From Eukaryota sp. GEM-RC1 (lineage: Eukaryota): a stretch of 64,000 nt of DNA. The translations under genes were made by a program, and so were the position numbers. Of this stretch, positions 37,290 through 49,218 are shown piece by piece (positions within the stretch are counted from its first letter, which is position 1; each line of letters opens with the position of its first letter). Location: assembly GCA_040285855.1 (NCBI GenBank), contig JAUFOQ010000010.1, positions 1,178,001 to 1,242,000 of the forward strand, given 5' to 3'. The notes beneath the pieces were generated by a model that did no database searches, was not told where the DNA came from, and worked only from the letters and a program-made list of their open reading frames with translations.

Positions 37290-37950
37290 CTTGAACGCTG
37301 TTTGTATTCTGGTCGAGATTGGCTTTGTTAATGTTGTGTGGATTAACTTTTACCGAAAACGTGATCTCTTTTTAATGGTTAGACTTGTTTGTATATAGAC
37401 ACATAATGATTGACATACATACATTTAATGCTCATTTTAGAACTTAAATGATGAGTGATGTTTCTTCTCTTAACTGGGTATAGCTTTTTTGCTCACTGAT
37501 GTCGTCATCAAACTTAAGATGTTGAACATAGCTTTGTTCAATTCTGTCAATAAATTGCAAATTTCATACATTTTGTCAGTTATTGTTCACGTTACATTGA
37601 AGTTAAAATCAGTTTCATAATAGATTGAAGACTGTAAGGTTTATTATCAACAAGAATTGAATTGCAACATTTAAGCTTTCGATACGTCGTTATCATTCTA
37701 TCATTCTATCTATCATGGCAAAAGATCAGAAGTGTAGATGCGATCAAAAGTAAACTATAAAACAGGCTCATTATAGAGAGGGGTTTCGTAAGATATCAAC
37801 TCTATTTCATAGTTTGCTTCAGTTACAGTGTTCTACTTTTACTTTTTGATTTGTGATCTTTTCCGATCTTTTATTTAAGATCATTTAGGAAATAGAATGA
37901 ATACCATGTTGTATTTCCTGTCAAAGGTAATCTTATGTTGATCCATTGTT
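37290..37950. repeat. Diverged inverted copy of about 46318-46952
   Basis: gacacataatgattgacatacatacatttaatgctcattttagaacttaaatga matches the reverse complement near 46795-46845; collinear matches continue for about 650 bp. Confidence 0.85.
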
Positions 37951-39479
37951 TGAATCAAGAGAGACGAATAGTATGAAGAATTACGATTCTGATAGGACTT
38001 TCGGTAAAAAAACTAGCTGACGTCTTATATCCTTCAATGAAGAGTGAATTGATGGAATTTTTTAACTAATTCATACTTAAACAATTTTATGATTTTACAT
38101 GTCGTCAGTGTCTCAATACCAGCATCTTTCTATTTGATACAATAAGACACTTGAACCTGCTGGCATTGAGACACTTACTATATCAATGTAACAGAAAGCA
38201 CAAAAACACTTATTCAATATTATATAGACATTGATAAAACAGTACATAAATTGGTATAACAAACAGTTCTGTATGAAAGAAAATGATGGTTTACATTGGG
38301 GACCTATTTCATTTGATCAAAATCGAAGTTTCACACATTTTACATGAAACAATTCATGGTATGGTCTCAAGAGCTGTTTCAGCTCTTATTAAATTCTCAA
38401 TGAAGTGTCCATGGGGTTCAAATGGCAATGGCGGTAGTGATATTCAGTATATGTTTGGTTCCTATTTTTGTTTGTATATTTATCTCATCCTTAAAAGACT
38501 CAAACAACAACTGGATGATTGAGAAATTGTTGCTTATTCGAACGAAATGTGTGTATTTCTATCATTGCTCTTATGTCACCTTTTGTATGATTGCAAATAG
38601 AGCGGATTTGTATGATACTATTGGATTTCAAGTAAACGTACAAATATTTGATTTGCTTACCCAATCACCAGATACATTAATTGTAAAGTTTCTAGAGGTT
38701 CCCTAGAACTGGTCATCATCAAGTTTTAGATTTCTGGGTTGCTGTCTTGGTTTACATGACAACGCTGTCAAAGATTTCAAGTTACATTTGGAGTCAATCC
38801 GACAGGAATTAAATCAAATTAAGGAATTGAAATCGAACAAAAACTGAAATTCTTCATGCTATTTTATTTTGGTAAAGTTACTCATCGTTTTCTTTCACTG
38901 ATTCGTGTCCATATATAACTTATATAGAAGCTTTAACAAAATTCTTAGACTTTTTTATCTTGCAGTTTTGTTTCCAGTGAATGCTACTGTATTGAACACA
39001 CACATTTTCGCAGATCCTCATCTTGGTAGTATTGTTATTACTTCAGCTAAATGGTGGACAATTTCCGCTTTCATCAGTGGTTATAGGCAATTTGTCTTTG
39101 AAATCTGTACACCACATCCAAGTCAAGGAGATCTTCTTGTTTCTACAAGTAATATTTTCTTCCAAAATTTGTGACCAAATGTGACGTTAATTTCGCTTGA
39201 TATTTGACAAACTTGTTTTCGAGCTAATATTTTTCAATTATCAGACTGATGTGTCACTTCTTTGAAATATGCTCGTCAGAAACTCCAACAACACATTTTA
39301 AAACATTGTGATTGTCTTGATTTTGAAGATCAAATTGGTTCGGCTAAAGAATAAGCTCCAACACTCCAAAATTGTTTAATCGATTTTAAAGCCAGTTCTT
39401 CAATTGTAATGATTAATCAAATTCCACAGCTTTATGTTAAATGATCATCAATGGACTACATCATTCAGTCTTCAAAGTC

Positions 39480-39890
39480 TTGTTTCATGTGGCCCTCTCA
39501 TTTACCTAATGGTCTAGAATGTCATGTAGTCAATTTGTAACCTTTTCTCACCTCCTGAGTGGTAACCGTTTCTTTACATATCGAACTTGGATTCCTGATG
39601 CTGTCAGAGATCAAATGTTATGTGTAAGTTCTACAAAATAGAATCTTTGGTTGAGTTATTGTTCAGATCACCTGAGACCGATAACCCCAAAAGAATCTGA
39701 TTCTGATAAGACTGTTGGTAAAAGAAGAGCTGATGTCATCGATCCATCATTCAATGATGATCTGATGGTTGTTGGTGTGATTATTGTGGATGTTTGTAAG
39801 AAAGCTTTTAAAATGCTAAAATTGAAGTATCCCCTTGATTTTTCAGAACTACTTAAATCCGATATTCCCTTGACTGTTCTCAAAAACTAA
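39480..39890 (+). pseudogene. Possible non-LTR retrotransposon 3' fragment (restriction-like endonuclease)
   Basis: KRRADVIDPSFNDDLMVVGV..DVC resembles the R.D...D.V motif; preceded by decayed Cys-rich and AVRD..KIES-like text. Confidence 0.4.
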
Positions 39891-40345
39891 AATGTTTGTT
39901 TTAATGTTATTCATTTTGGTTCTAGTTTTTGTTCTTTTCTCTTTATTGTTGTTCTACATAGGAAAAAAGTTGAGAAAAAAACAACGAGTAAGAAAAACCA
40001 CCTCAATATTCTGGATAAAAATTATCGAGGTGAATATAAACAACCAACAAGAAACCAAATATGTACACAAATGATTTACACAGTTCAAACAAGTAGTTAC
40101 TCAAATGTAATAATTTGAGTTATAAGGCCGGTCTGCTGTGCATCAGGAGTGTGTATAGATAAAATCTTAATTTTCGATAACGATATATCTACTTATCGAT
40201 ATCTTATCGACCCGACAATTCTGAAAGATACATTTATCGACTGTCTCCAACAATATTCCGATAGAATGCGATAAATAAGATCAATTTGTGGATTCAAAAT
40301 ATACCATTATTTTGGTTTCAATGAGTGATTTCTCTGAAACACGTA

Positions 40346-41782
40346 CACCGATTGTTTCAGATACTTCACTTTCACTGGTCACATATCGGAACTAGTCTCA
40401 CTGAGAGCAATTTCTAGTGAGAGTGATTGCTGATTATTTCCCACTTGTACTAGTCTCACTAAATACATACAGTAAACTCTCTCTGATTGCAACCCCTGTA
40501 ATTGAAAACTCTCTGAAATTGCAACAAAAACCCATGCCACCCAGTAAAACGATACCAAATTGAAAATTGAAACAATTGCAACAGTTTTTGAGACCTAATT
40601 GAAACATTGAAGTCAACATTATACGGTATTCTGGTTGTCGCATCTATAGCTAGCTGCCATATATTGATGTTAGTGTGGAGAAAGCGGAAGACGTTGTTGT
40701 GTTTCATAAATCCTACAGTAATCTTCTGGTTTTTCCCATCATCAATTTCAGTATACCGTACACAGTACTGAACATCAACCAAAAGTCAAATACAAATGCA
40801 TACTCGTCATTATTTTGAAGAGGATGAAAATACAGAAACTGTAACTGCAGAACCTTTCCTCCGAAAAAGAACCGAATCAGTGTTTGAGAATTTTCTCCAA
40901 TCGTGTTCAAATACATTAGTTTAATGACTTCACTGCTCTAAATCAAGTGATGATAGATCTGCCAGTAGTGCTGGGGGAAAAGAGGAAGAAACATTGGTTC
41001 ATTTTTTTGTCACCCTTACGAAATATCAACGACACACTTTCTTTGTACCATTGTATAAAGAGTACTATTGATATTAAGTAAAAGTATTTCTAAAAAGCGG
41101 GATGATTAATTTGAGTCAAGATAATAACATTTGTTTAAGTCCCAGCATTCTTGTTAGTTGTATTGTGGATGAGACTTGTTAATTTGCTCTTGCAGACTAA
41201 TTAATAACATATTTGATGTTCTGGAATAAATAAGGATGTTGTATTCAGTTTAGGGTAGCTTTATAGGAACTCTCTGTAATTGAAAACTCTCTGTAATTAA
41301 AACGAAACTCCATTCACCAAGTCGTTTCCATTAGAGAGAGTTTACTGTACATCAATGACACCATTTTTTATGAAAAAAATCTCTCCCATTTAAGTTACCA
41401 TTCTTTTTAACAACTTAACCATGTCCTCGATGCTTCTGTGTTTCTTCACGATTTGTTGAAGACGAGCGGTCAACTTATATTAATGCGAAACTCCAGTACA
41501 TTTTCTGTTGGCCCTTGGAAGATGCTCCGGGCTTTAAAGCTACGAATGAAGATAGAAGAAATGATTTAGAGTTCAGATGGGAATCATATTTTCAAGTCGG
41601 GTTTCAAGTTGATCTTATTAGTATACAAGTTCTTCTAACTGTAAAAGATCATTCAATCAGATGTATTTTTGTTGCATCTTTCTCTTCAAAAACAACCAAA
41701 GTAGTACATATTTGGGAGGTCTCATTTCAGAACTAGTCTTACTGAGACTACATTATAGAGAGACTAATTGAAGCAATCGGTG
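40346..41782. mobile_element. Nested Tc1/mariner-like element
   Basis: ta|caccgattgtttca ... tgaagcaatcggtg|tg; internal actagtct.actgaga repeats near both ends. Confidence 0.65.
40470..41347. mobile_element. Innermost pogo/Tigger-like element
   Basis: ta|cagtaaactctctct ... agagagagtttactg|ta; subterminal ctgtaattgaaaactctctg repeated at both ends. Confidence 0.85.
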
Positions 41783-42338
41783 TGTCCAAAATGTAATAAG
41801 AACTGATAAATGGTGTTGGAAAAATTGTTTGCTGCTGAACAATTCCATGATGACCCATGAGTTGTTCAGAAAAGATCTTGAGGCTATAGGCTATTCCAAT
41901 GTTGCCCACTTCCACTTTATGCTAGCTTATTCTGCCCCCAACCCTCCAGGAGCTGAGCTCACAGATACGCGTGGGGCTTGGAAATGTGTTAAGCATAGTG
42001 AATGTAGTTTGATTAATATAGATATCTTTCGTAATTTTAGTGTATGTCATTCAGTTATCGAAGATATATTTATCGATTCATGTTGCAATAGTCGATATAT
42101 ATAGCAGATATATTGCCTGGCAATATATTTAAGTTGCCTAACAAAAAGATAAATAAAAGATATCGATAATACACACTCCTGCTGTGCACTTGGGCCAAAG
42201 CAGGCTGGCCCAGAACTAAAGTGGACTGGCCGCCATCCCTAGGATAAATCTTTATTCATTGTTTCAATTTGGTACTGGTTGACCAGTGATATTGGGATTT
42301 GTTTCAATGAGAGAGTATAAGTAACCGATTAAGTTGAT

Positions 42339-43674
42339 CTAATATTTTACTTCAACAACTCTATTGACTTTCAGCGCCTCTGCCAAAGCTCTAGCACCTT
42401 CATCTCCAATAGAGTTAGAACTCAGTTCGATAGTTGTAATTGTTGTGTTAACTTTTAACGCCTCTGCCAAAGCTCTAGCACCTTCATCTCCAATAGCGTT
42501 AGACCTCAGATAAACACATGTAACTGTAGTATTAACTTTCAACGCCTCTGCCAAAGCTCTAGCACCATCATTTCTAATACAGTTGTAACTCATATTAACA
42601 AGAGTAACTGTATCATTAACTTTCAACGCCTCTGCCAAAGCTCTAGCACCTTCATCTCCAATATAGTTAGCCTGTAGATCAATAACAGTAACTGTAGCAT
42701 TAACTTTCAACGCGTCTGTCAATGCTCTGACATCTTCATCTCCAATAGAGTTATAACTGAGAGTAACAATTGTAATTGTAGCGTTGGTTTTTAACAATTC
42801 AATGAAAGCAATAAAAATAGAAGAATGAACACGCACATCAAGTTGCTTAAGACGTGGAAAGAACAAGGAAGACTTGTTGAGAAACTCCAAGTCATTGTGA
42901 TTCTCTAATTCCAATTCTAATCCAGAAATTACATTATCATAACTAAGAAATTCTTCAACTTTAAAGCTATCGTACACGTGTAAGAAAACAGATTGAATCT
43001 CTGCCCCAAAAAAAAGAAGCAAATGAAGAGAGTTGAGGAAGGTCATCAGGAATGACATGAAACGTGTTTGTTTGAAAAAGCACTTTGGTTGCTAGTAAAG
43101 CAGATTCGAAGAAATAATGACTTACATAACTAACTTTCTTAAAGACTGGTAATAAATCTTTTTTCAACTTGTAGAGATCGCCGCATCTATATTCATGACA
43201 TTCAAGAATGGACTTGAGCATACTACTCAGCATATGAAAATGAATGAGAATCAGCAAGGACTGTTGAAAGTGTATGCTGTGAGTAGATTGGAACGAGGTC
43301 GTCAAAGGGAGAAGTTCAAGTGGTTTGGGTTCAGTATTAGGTTTAGAAGAGAAGGTACTAGTATTCAATGGTTTAACAGAAGACTGAGAAGCAGAGGCTA
43401 CATGGGTACCTGGCATATTACTAGGAGAACGAACTTCTTTAACGGGAAGTGAGGAGAAAGCTTGAATAATGTCAGCTGCTGTTGCACTGTATGCAACGGT
43501 GGCGATTTCGGCAGTGAAGGGAGCTTCGAAGGGAAGCTCATATTCTTCGTGGGATGGACGTGGATTAGAAACGTGTGGTTCTCCACCAGTTCTAGAACTG
43601 AAGGAACGAAGAGGAGTATCGCACCCTTCAAGGGAAGATGTAACATCAGTACTGTTTCCAGTGTTAGGTTCCAT
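42339..43674 (-). CDS. LRR family A protein with internally deleted RRM, 5 LRRs; one apparent +1 frameshift
   Basis: ORFs 42967-43707 and 42339-43058 join at the A8 run 43008-43015 (FASFFGAE in paralogues); ATG 43674 (MEPNT) matches MEHNT / MKHNT. Confidence 0.85.
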
Positions 43675-45479
43675 CACAGTACACTCTGCAAAAAGGAGGC
43701 AAAACAAATTATAATTGCACTCATTGACCTCTTTTATCTAAAAAAAAGTGAGTCAATAACCGCAGAACAAAGGGTTTTACTGTATTACGAAAACATTGCA
43801 GTTAATAACCCAAAAACCCTTTACAATTTGTAAAAACCTACCAGCAAAAAAACTGGTTATATGTCTTCTTTAATGTGACGTTTTGTACTTAAAATGAGAG
43901 TAACCAAGCAACTATCAATTAGTACTAATTATTGAATTGAAGATGTATACTTGTCAAGTCTTCGACTGTGGACACTGTGTATTTTACCACTTTAAATTTG
44001 AGTCAATGAATCACACAGGGCAGGGGCTCTATAAGAATTGTAAAATAGGTAAGGAACATTCACATTGTTGTCTAATAACAGTTCTTTGTTTGGATACCAG
44101 CCGTCAGAGGCATGTAAGAATTGGGACCATAAGGCACTGTCAAGATCATAAAACATAGGAAAATATCTTGCAGTCAGAAACTCTCGAGTGAAGCGGTTGT
44201 TTCGTCTAACGTGTTTCGAATAAATATGGCCAGCATAAATCTGGCCAGCAGATAAAATCTGCCGATAGAGTACTACAATTGTGCATCAGACCACTGCTTC
44301 AATTTCACACGTGTAGAGAAGAATTCCATGTAAAAAACACCGAGCTGGTGAAGTCCGAAAAATAAATAAAGATCAATTCGTCCCCTTTTGAACAGTAAGA
44401 TGTTTCCTTTCATGAACATTGCCTAGTTGTTGATCAAATTTCATGATAGAGGCGTTGCTATGATAACACATGTTTATGATATAGAAAAGATGCTGAAGGA
44501 TAAAACATCACTATCTACTATATTGGAAGCGAAGCTAACGTTTAAAATAAAGGTCATCAAAAAGACTTTCTGGGTCGTAATAAGGATGTTTTTGGGAACC
44601 AAAGAAAAACAATGTGACCAAAAATGACGGGAAGGAGGAGTCGAATCTATGGGTTAATAACATAATACGAACTAAAAGTAACTGCGTTGCGAAATGACCA
44701 GACACATCACATTAGCAGATATTTTTAGTGTGTATTAATCTATGTAATATATGTTTCTAGATATTGAATATATTAAACATCATCTAAGTGCCTACCACTA
44801 TGAATCTTCGCAAGCTAAGTTTCCTATTACATTGTTGTGTTATATGTTCTTGATCGATAAAGTGATAGCTATAAACAGACGCTATTGATTTGATAAATTC
44901 CTGCATTAGTTTAAAGTTGAGAGTGATGGTTTGCATCTTGTTACGTTGACTTATCTACGACAACCATATAAAATCATCAATAAATGTTATTTACAGTGAT
45001 GGGTGTTATTTTAATGATGACAAGTTTAAGGTTTTTCAGTTTATTACATTTATAAATCACTGTATTTTGTCTAAGGGATTCTGTATCGGTATCAGTGTGA
45101 AGTATCAGTGGTAAGCAGCTTTAAAGCAGTTGTCGTAGACTTATTGATTGGAACAGAAAGTTAGTGAAAGCATTATTAAGATATCCGACATCTTTTGCCA
45201 CAAGGTATAGATCCAAAGTAAATATATTCTATTTACCAGATTTAAGACCCACCTAGACGCCTTTTATTTACTCTTACAAATACAACCTATCATCAGACCC
45301 ACCTAGACTGTACTAATCCAAATTTAATTTCTTGCCGACGTCTCTCGATATTCCTTCTTCACTAAACTATGAATTGTCCTCTTACACGATCCAGCAACAG
45401 TGTTGCAGTTGCCAACAGTCACTATTTATATATATAGTGATTCTGTTGGCGTGGATATTGCTTCGTTTTCCTTTTTCCA

Positions 45480-45914
45480 TATAGTGATCCAACAACTGCT
45501 GAAGAAGTTTTTTGTCTACAATCATTTTTGAAGTGTTATAATATCAAAAAGCTTGTTCTTGACAACTGTACGTTTACTGACGAAGCAATAACTACGTTAT
45601 GTGATTTAATTAGCACCAATAGAACATTGACTTCTATAGACATCAGCGAATGTAGTCTGTGTGATGACGATTTCCAACTAATCATACCCGCACTATCTAT
45701 CAATTCTAGCATTGTAGAGCTTAATTTCAGTCACAACGCTTTAGGTGATTCGAGTGTCAGTCAACTAGTGAACCTAATGAAAGCGAACAGTACAATTAAG
45801 AAGATCAATCTTAGTGACAATACATTCACCATTGAAGGAATGACGACTTTAGCCACATCTTTTAATGAAAATTCTTTCATTACTGAGATCATTTTTAATG
45901 AAGAAAATGAATGA
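45480..45914 (+). pseudogene. C-terminal fragment of LRR subfamily B
   Basis: TAEEV..LQSFLKCYNIKKLVLDNCTFTDEAITTLCDLI matches the super-repeat of 57179-60274; N-terminal part missing. Confidence 0.7.
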
Positions 45915-46317
45915 CAGTCTTTGAATGCTATATATAATTGAATGCCACTGTTTGGCTATTAGCTTGTAATTGGAATAATTATTCATTGATTGATTTTGAT
46001 TGCTTCAACTGTAGTGTTTCTGAGTGAGAAAAGTATATTGTTGTTCAAATTTATACTATTTATTATTTGCTTATGATAAACGAATCATAACTGTTAGTTT
46101 TTGTTCTATTTTCATAACAATAACACTGGCAGAATTATTAACGATTATTACTGAACTTCCAAGTATTAATCTGAACTAAAATATTGTTAAAAATAAAAAG
46201 GATGGAGCTTCAGCACAGACTTTAAACTAAATGTTTCAGGCACAATAAACACAACAAACGTTTTAAAAGATATATACTGTACCACATAATGTGGAGCATT
46301 TACCCGGAGTTTTAAAT

Positions 46318-46952
46318 AATGGCTCAACACAAAGTTCATTTTGATGGGAATTACAACATGGTATCAATTTAATACAAATAAATTTCAAGCAGCGTCACAA
46401 GTACAACTTCAGTATGTAATGAAAATATCGCAACTCAAAAAGTAAATGAAGAACACTGTAACTAAAGTAAACTATAAAATATAAACCCAGTACAGAAAGG
46501 AGGGAGGTCTTGTAAGATTTGGCCCAGACGTCTAAACTCATGATCAGTTGAATATAAGAAACATCGAAGGTCTAAATGTTGCAGATCAATTGTTGTTAAC
46601 AATCAAACTCGTAGACTTCATTTTTATATGAAACTGAATTTCACTTCAATATAACGTGTACAATAAATGGGAAAATGTTAAAAAAAAATTAATTCCTTGA
46701 CAGAATTGCGCTATGTTCAATATCTTAAGTTTCACGACGTCATCAATGAACAAAGAAGCCATAGGTAGTTAAGAGAAGAACCATCACTCGTCATTTAAGT
46801 TCTAAAATGAGCATTAAATGTATGTATGTCAATCATAATGTGTCTTTAGACAAACAAGTCTAACCGCTAAAAAGAGTTCGTTTTTTCGGCGAAAGTTAAT
46901 CCATGCAACATTAACAAAGCCAATCACGACCAGAATACAACCAGCGTTCAGG
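46318..46952. repeat. Inverted partner of 37290-37950
   Basis: See 37290-37950. Confidence 0.85.
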
Positions 46953-47859
46953 TCACTCAGAAACGTTCCATTACAGTCGATGAGTAGAAGTCTCAGAATC
47001 TCGTTCTTATACAGTAGAATCTGCATGGTCTACTTAGGCTCACATATATGACAGTGGTAATGGTAAATGTAATGTACTCACCACTGACTTATTGAAGTTC
47101 TTTTAACGGTTGAAAAGAACCGTCGGATTAAACTTCCGACTCACATTTTTACAATGAAAGCTTGTCAATCAAAGTTGTTCAATTTGTGTCAAGAAAGCTT
47201 CTAAAAATGAACACTCAATTGGAAAGAGTGATCTCCTCTTAATCATTTAGAGACCAGTTTTTGCGAGAAGACCTTTACATACGTTATACGGAAACAACCG
47301 GCCTCAGTTACACTTATGGACACTTGACCTTATAGAGAGCTGTAGATACGAACCAGATTGTTCAAAAATATGTGATCAGTTGTAAGCCGCATGAGTGAGA
47401 CGGTTTATAACTTTTGAAATACTGGTTTGTCTGGATAACAGTGCGAAGAATCTATGACTCCACAGCGGAATAAGCGAAATAGCTGTTTTATTGAATTAGA
47501 CTCTGGAAAAAGGGCGGGGATATACTACACTGCCATCTAATCCCCTCAACAAAATTCAACAAGATATGAATCTTGCATCCGTCTAGTACAAGAGGGCTTC
47601 TACGACCACCACTGATAGAAACTAGACGGGAAGTATCCATGTCTTGTAAAAACTGTACAAACCATCTTGAGTAACTAAATAAATAGGGGAAATATAGTCA
47701 TTTACGTCGATAGCTACAATGAGAGAAATTAAGACTTCTTTTACGTGAACTCCTGGTACCACAACAGGAGATCTACCCTAAGTTGAACATCCATAGAGGC
47801 AGTAGTCCGGATGAGTTTGGAGTCAAGACCAGTTGAAAAAATGTCAAATAAAAAATGTA

Positions 47860-48679
47860 TGACGTTGTTGACTGTGTAATGGTGTTGATAAACAGAAAAT
47901 ATCCACTCCGATAATGGAACAGAGTATTCCAATTAAAGACAGATTTTAGATTTACTCAACGACCTTTGCTCATTTTTTTCAGTCCAAAAATCCACTTCCG
48001 GAACTCTGCTTTAACTAAATTCAATTCAAACATGTGCAAAAGATCACTTGGGCTCACTGGAAGCATATGACAAGATTAAAGACAAATTGTCAAACGATCT
48101 GGAAAAGCTATCCCCAAATTCCGACAACACAGCTCCTGTTTCTTGTGTCTGGATCATATGTATTTGCTTTACATGAAAATGCAAATAAATTACATGCTCC
48201 ATACAAGGGACCATTTAAGATTATTAAATCAATTTCCTCAAATTCATATCTGGTGAAGAATTTGCAAACTTAGGAAACTCACATGCATGTAAGATTACTC
48301 AAGGCTGCCTTTATCTCTGACTTGACTTGGACATTGATACTATTAGCGCCTATGCTGCCCATGATGATGAACAATTATTATTGTTAAAGAAATCCTTAAT
48401 GTTAGCAAAGGAAAAGCCGAAGTCTTATGGATGGATGAGCCCTTAACATTTGAAAAGATCAAATCTATTATGCGTACCGATGCATATAAAAGATTTAAGA
48501 ATTACTGATATGAATTTCAATGATTGTCTGTAGGACAAATCATGACGAAGAAAAAAGTAGTGTTGTTATAGTAGTGTAGAAATTCATATCAGGCTTTTTT
48601 ATCCTTTGTATAAACAGTTTCTGAAACTCTTTATGTTCCTATGAGTTTCAGTACAAGAAGAACCGGCGTATACCCAACA
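47860..48679 (+). mobile_element. 3' end of a decayed gypsy chromovirus (integrase, chromo-like tail, PPT, ~119-bp LTR at 48561-48679)
   Basis: IHSDNGTEY, KLHAPYKGPFKII, IVKEILNVSKGKAEVLWMD; gaagaaaaaagtag followed by tgtt...aaca. Confidence 0.75.
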
Positions 48680-49218
48680 TGGAAGTGAAATTATGCCACT
48701 AAAAAACACACCACAAATGATAACACTAGATAATTAATTACAGATTGTTACTAAACAAAAAAAATTCGGAGTAATGAAATTTGCTTTCACCACTAACTTA
48801 AATTAGTAATTTATATTTGAAAATCATCACCTTCTACTCTAAAACAAACATAAGTAACGGGAGTAGAATGGCCATTGAGAGTGAGAATGTAAGTTCCCTT
48901 GTAAGCTGACCACACTCTAAAAACACCAGTAACAACAGCTATAGAGTATTTGATGATTCCAATGTTTAGTTCATGATCTTCATCTTCCTATCTATCAATA
49001 CATTCACATAGACAGACTGCTTCATCAACAACTCGAGTGAAAATAGAAGATTCGTAGAACCATGATCCAATGACTTAAGAAAAGTGAACAGAAGGCGGAG
49101 GACATGACTGAGACTGAGATTTAGAGAGAGACATTGCTAGTTGCATGACATTTATTTAGGAAAAGAGTCTTTCAAAAGAGTTTAATGAGACATTTCATTA
49201 TCTTGAAGATCTTCCTTG

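Larger units (their letters stand above)
40144..42181. mobile_element. Non-autonomous hAT-like element hosting two nested elements
   Basis: TIR caggagtgtgtat / atacacactcctg; 8-bp TSD ctgtgcat / ctgtgcac; subterminal atcga repeats. Confidence 0.85.

Noticed and set aside
45245..45310. Direct repeat agacccacctagac x2
   Set aside because: Only two short copies with no further structure.
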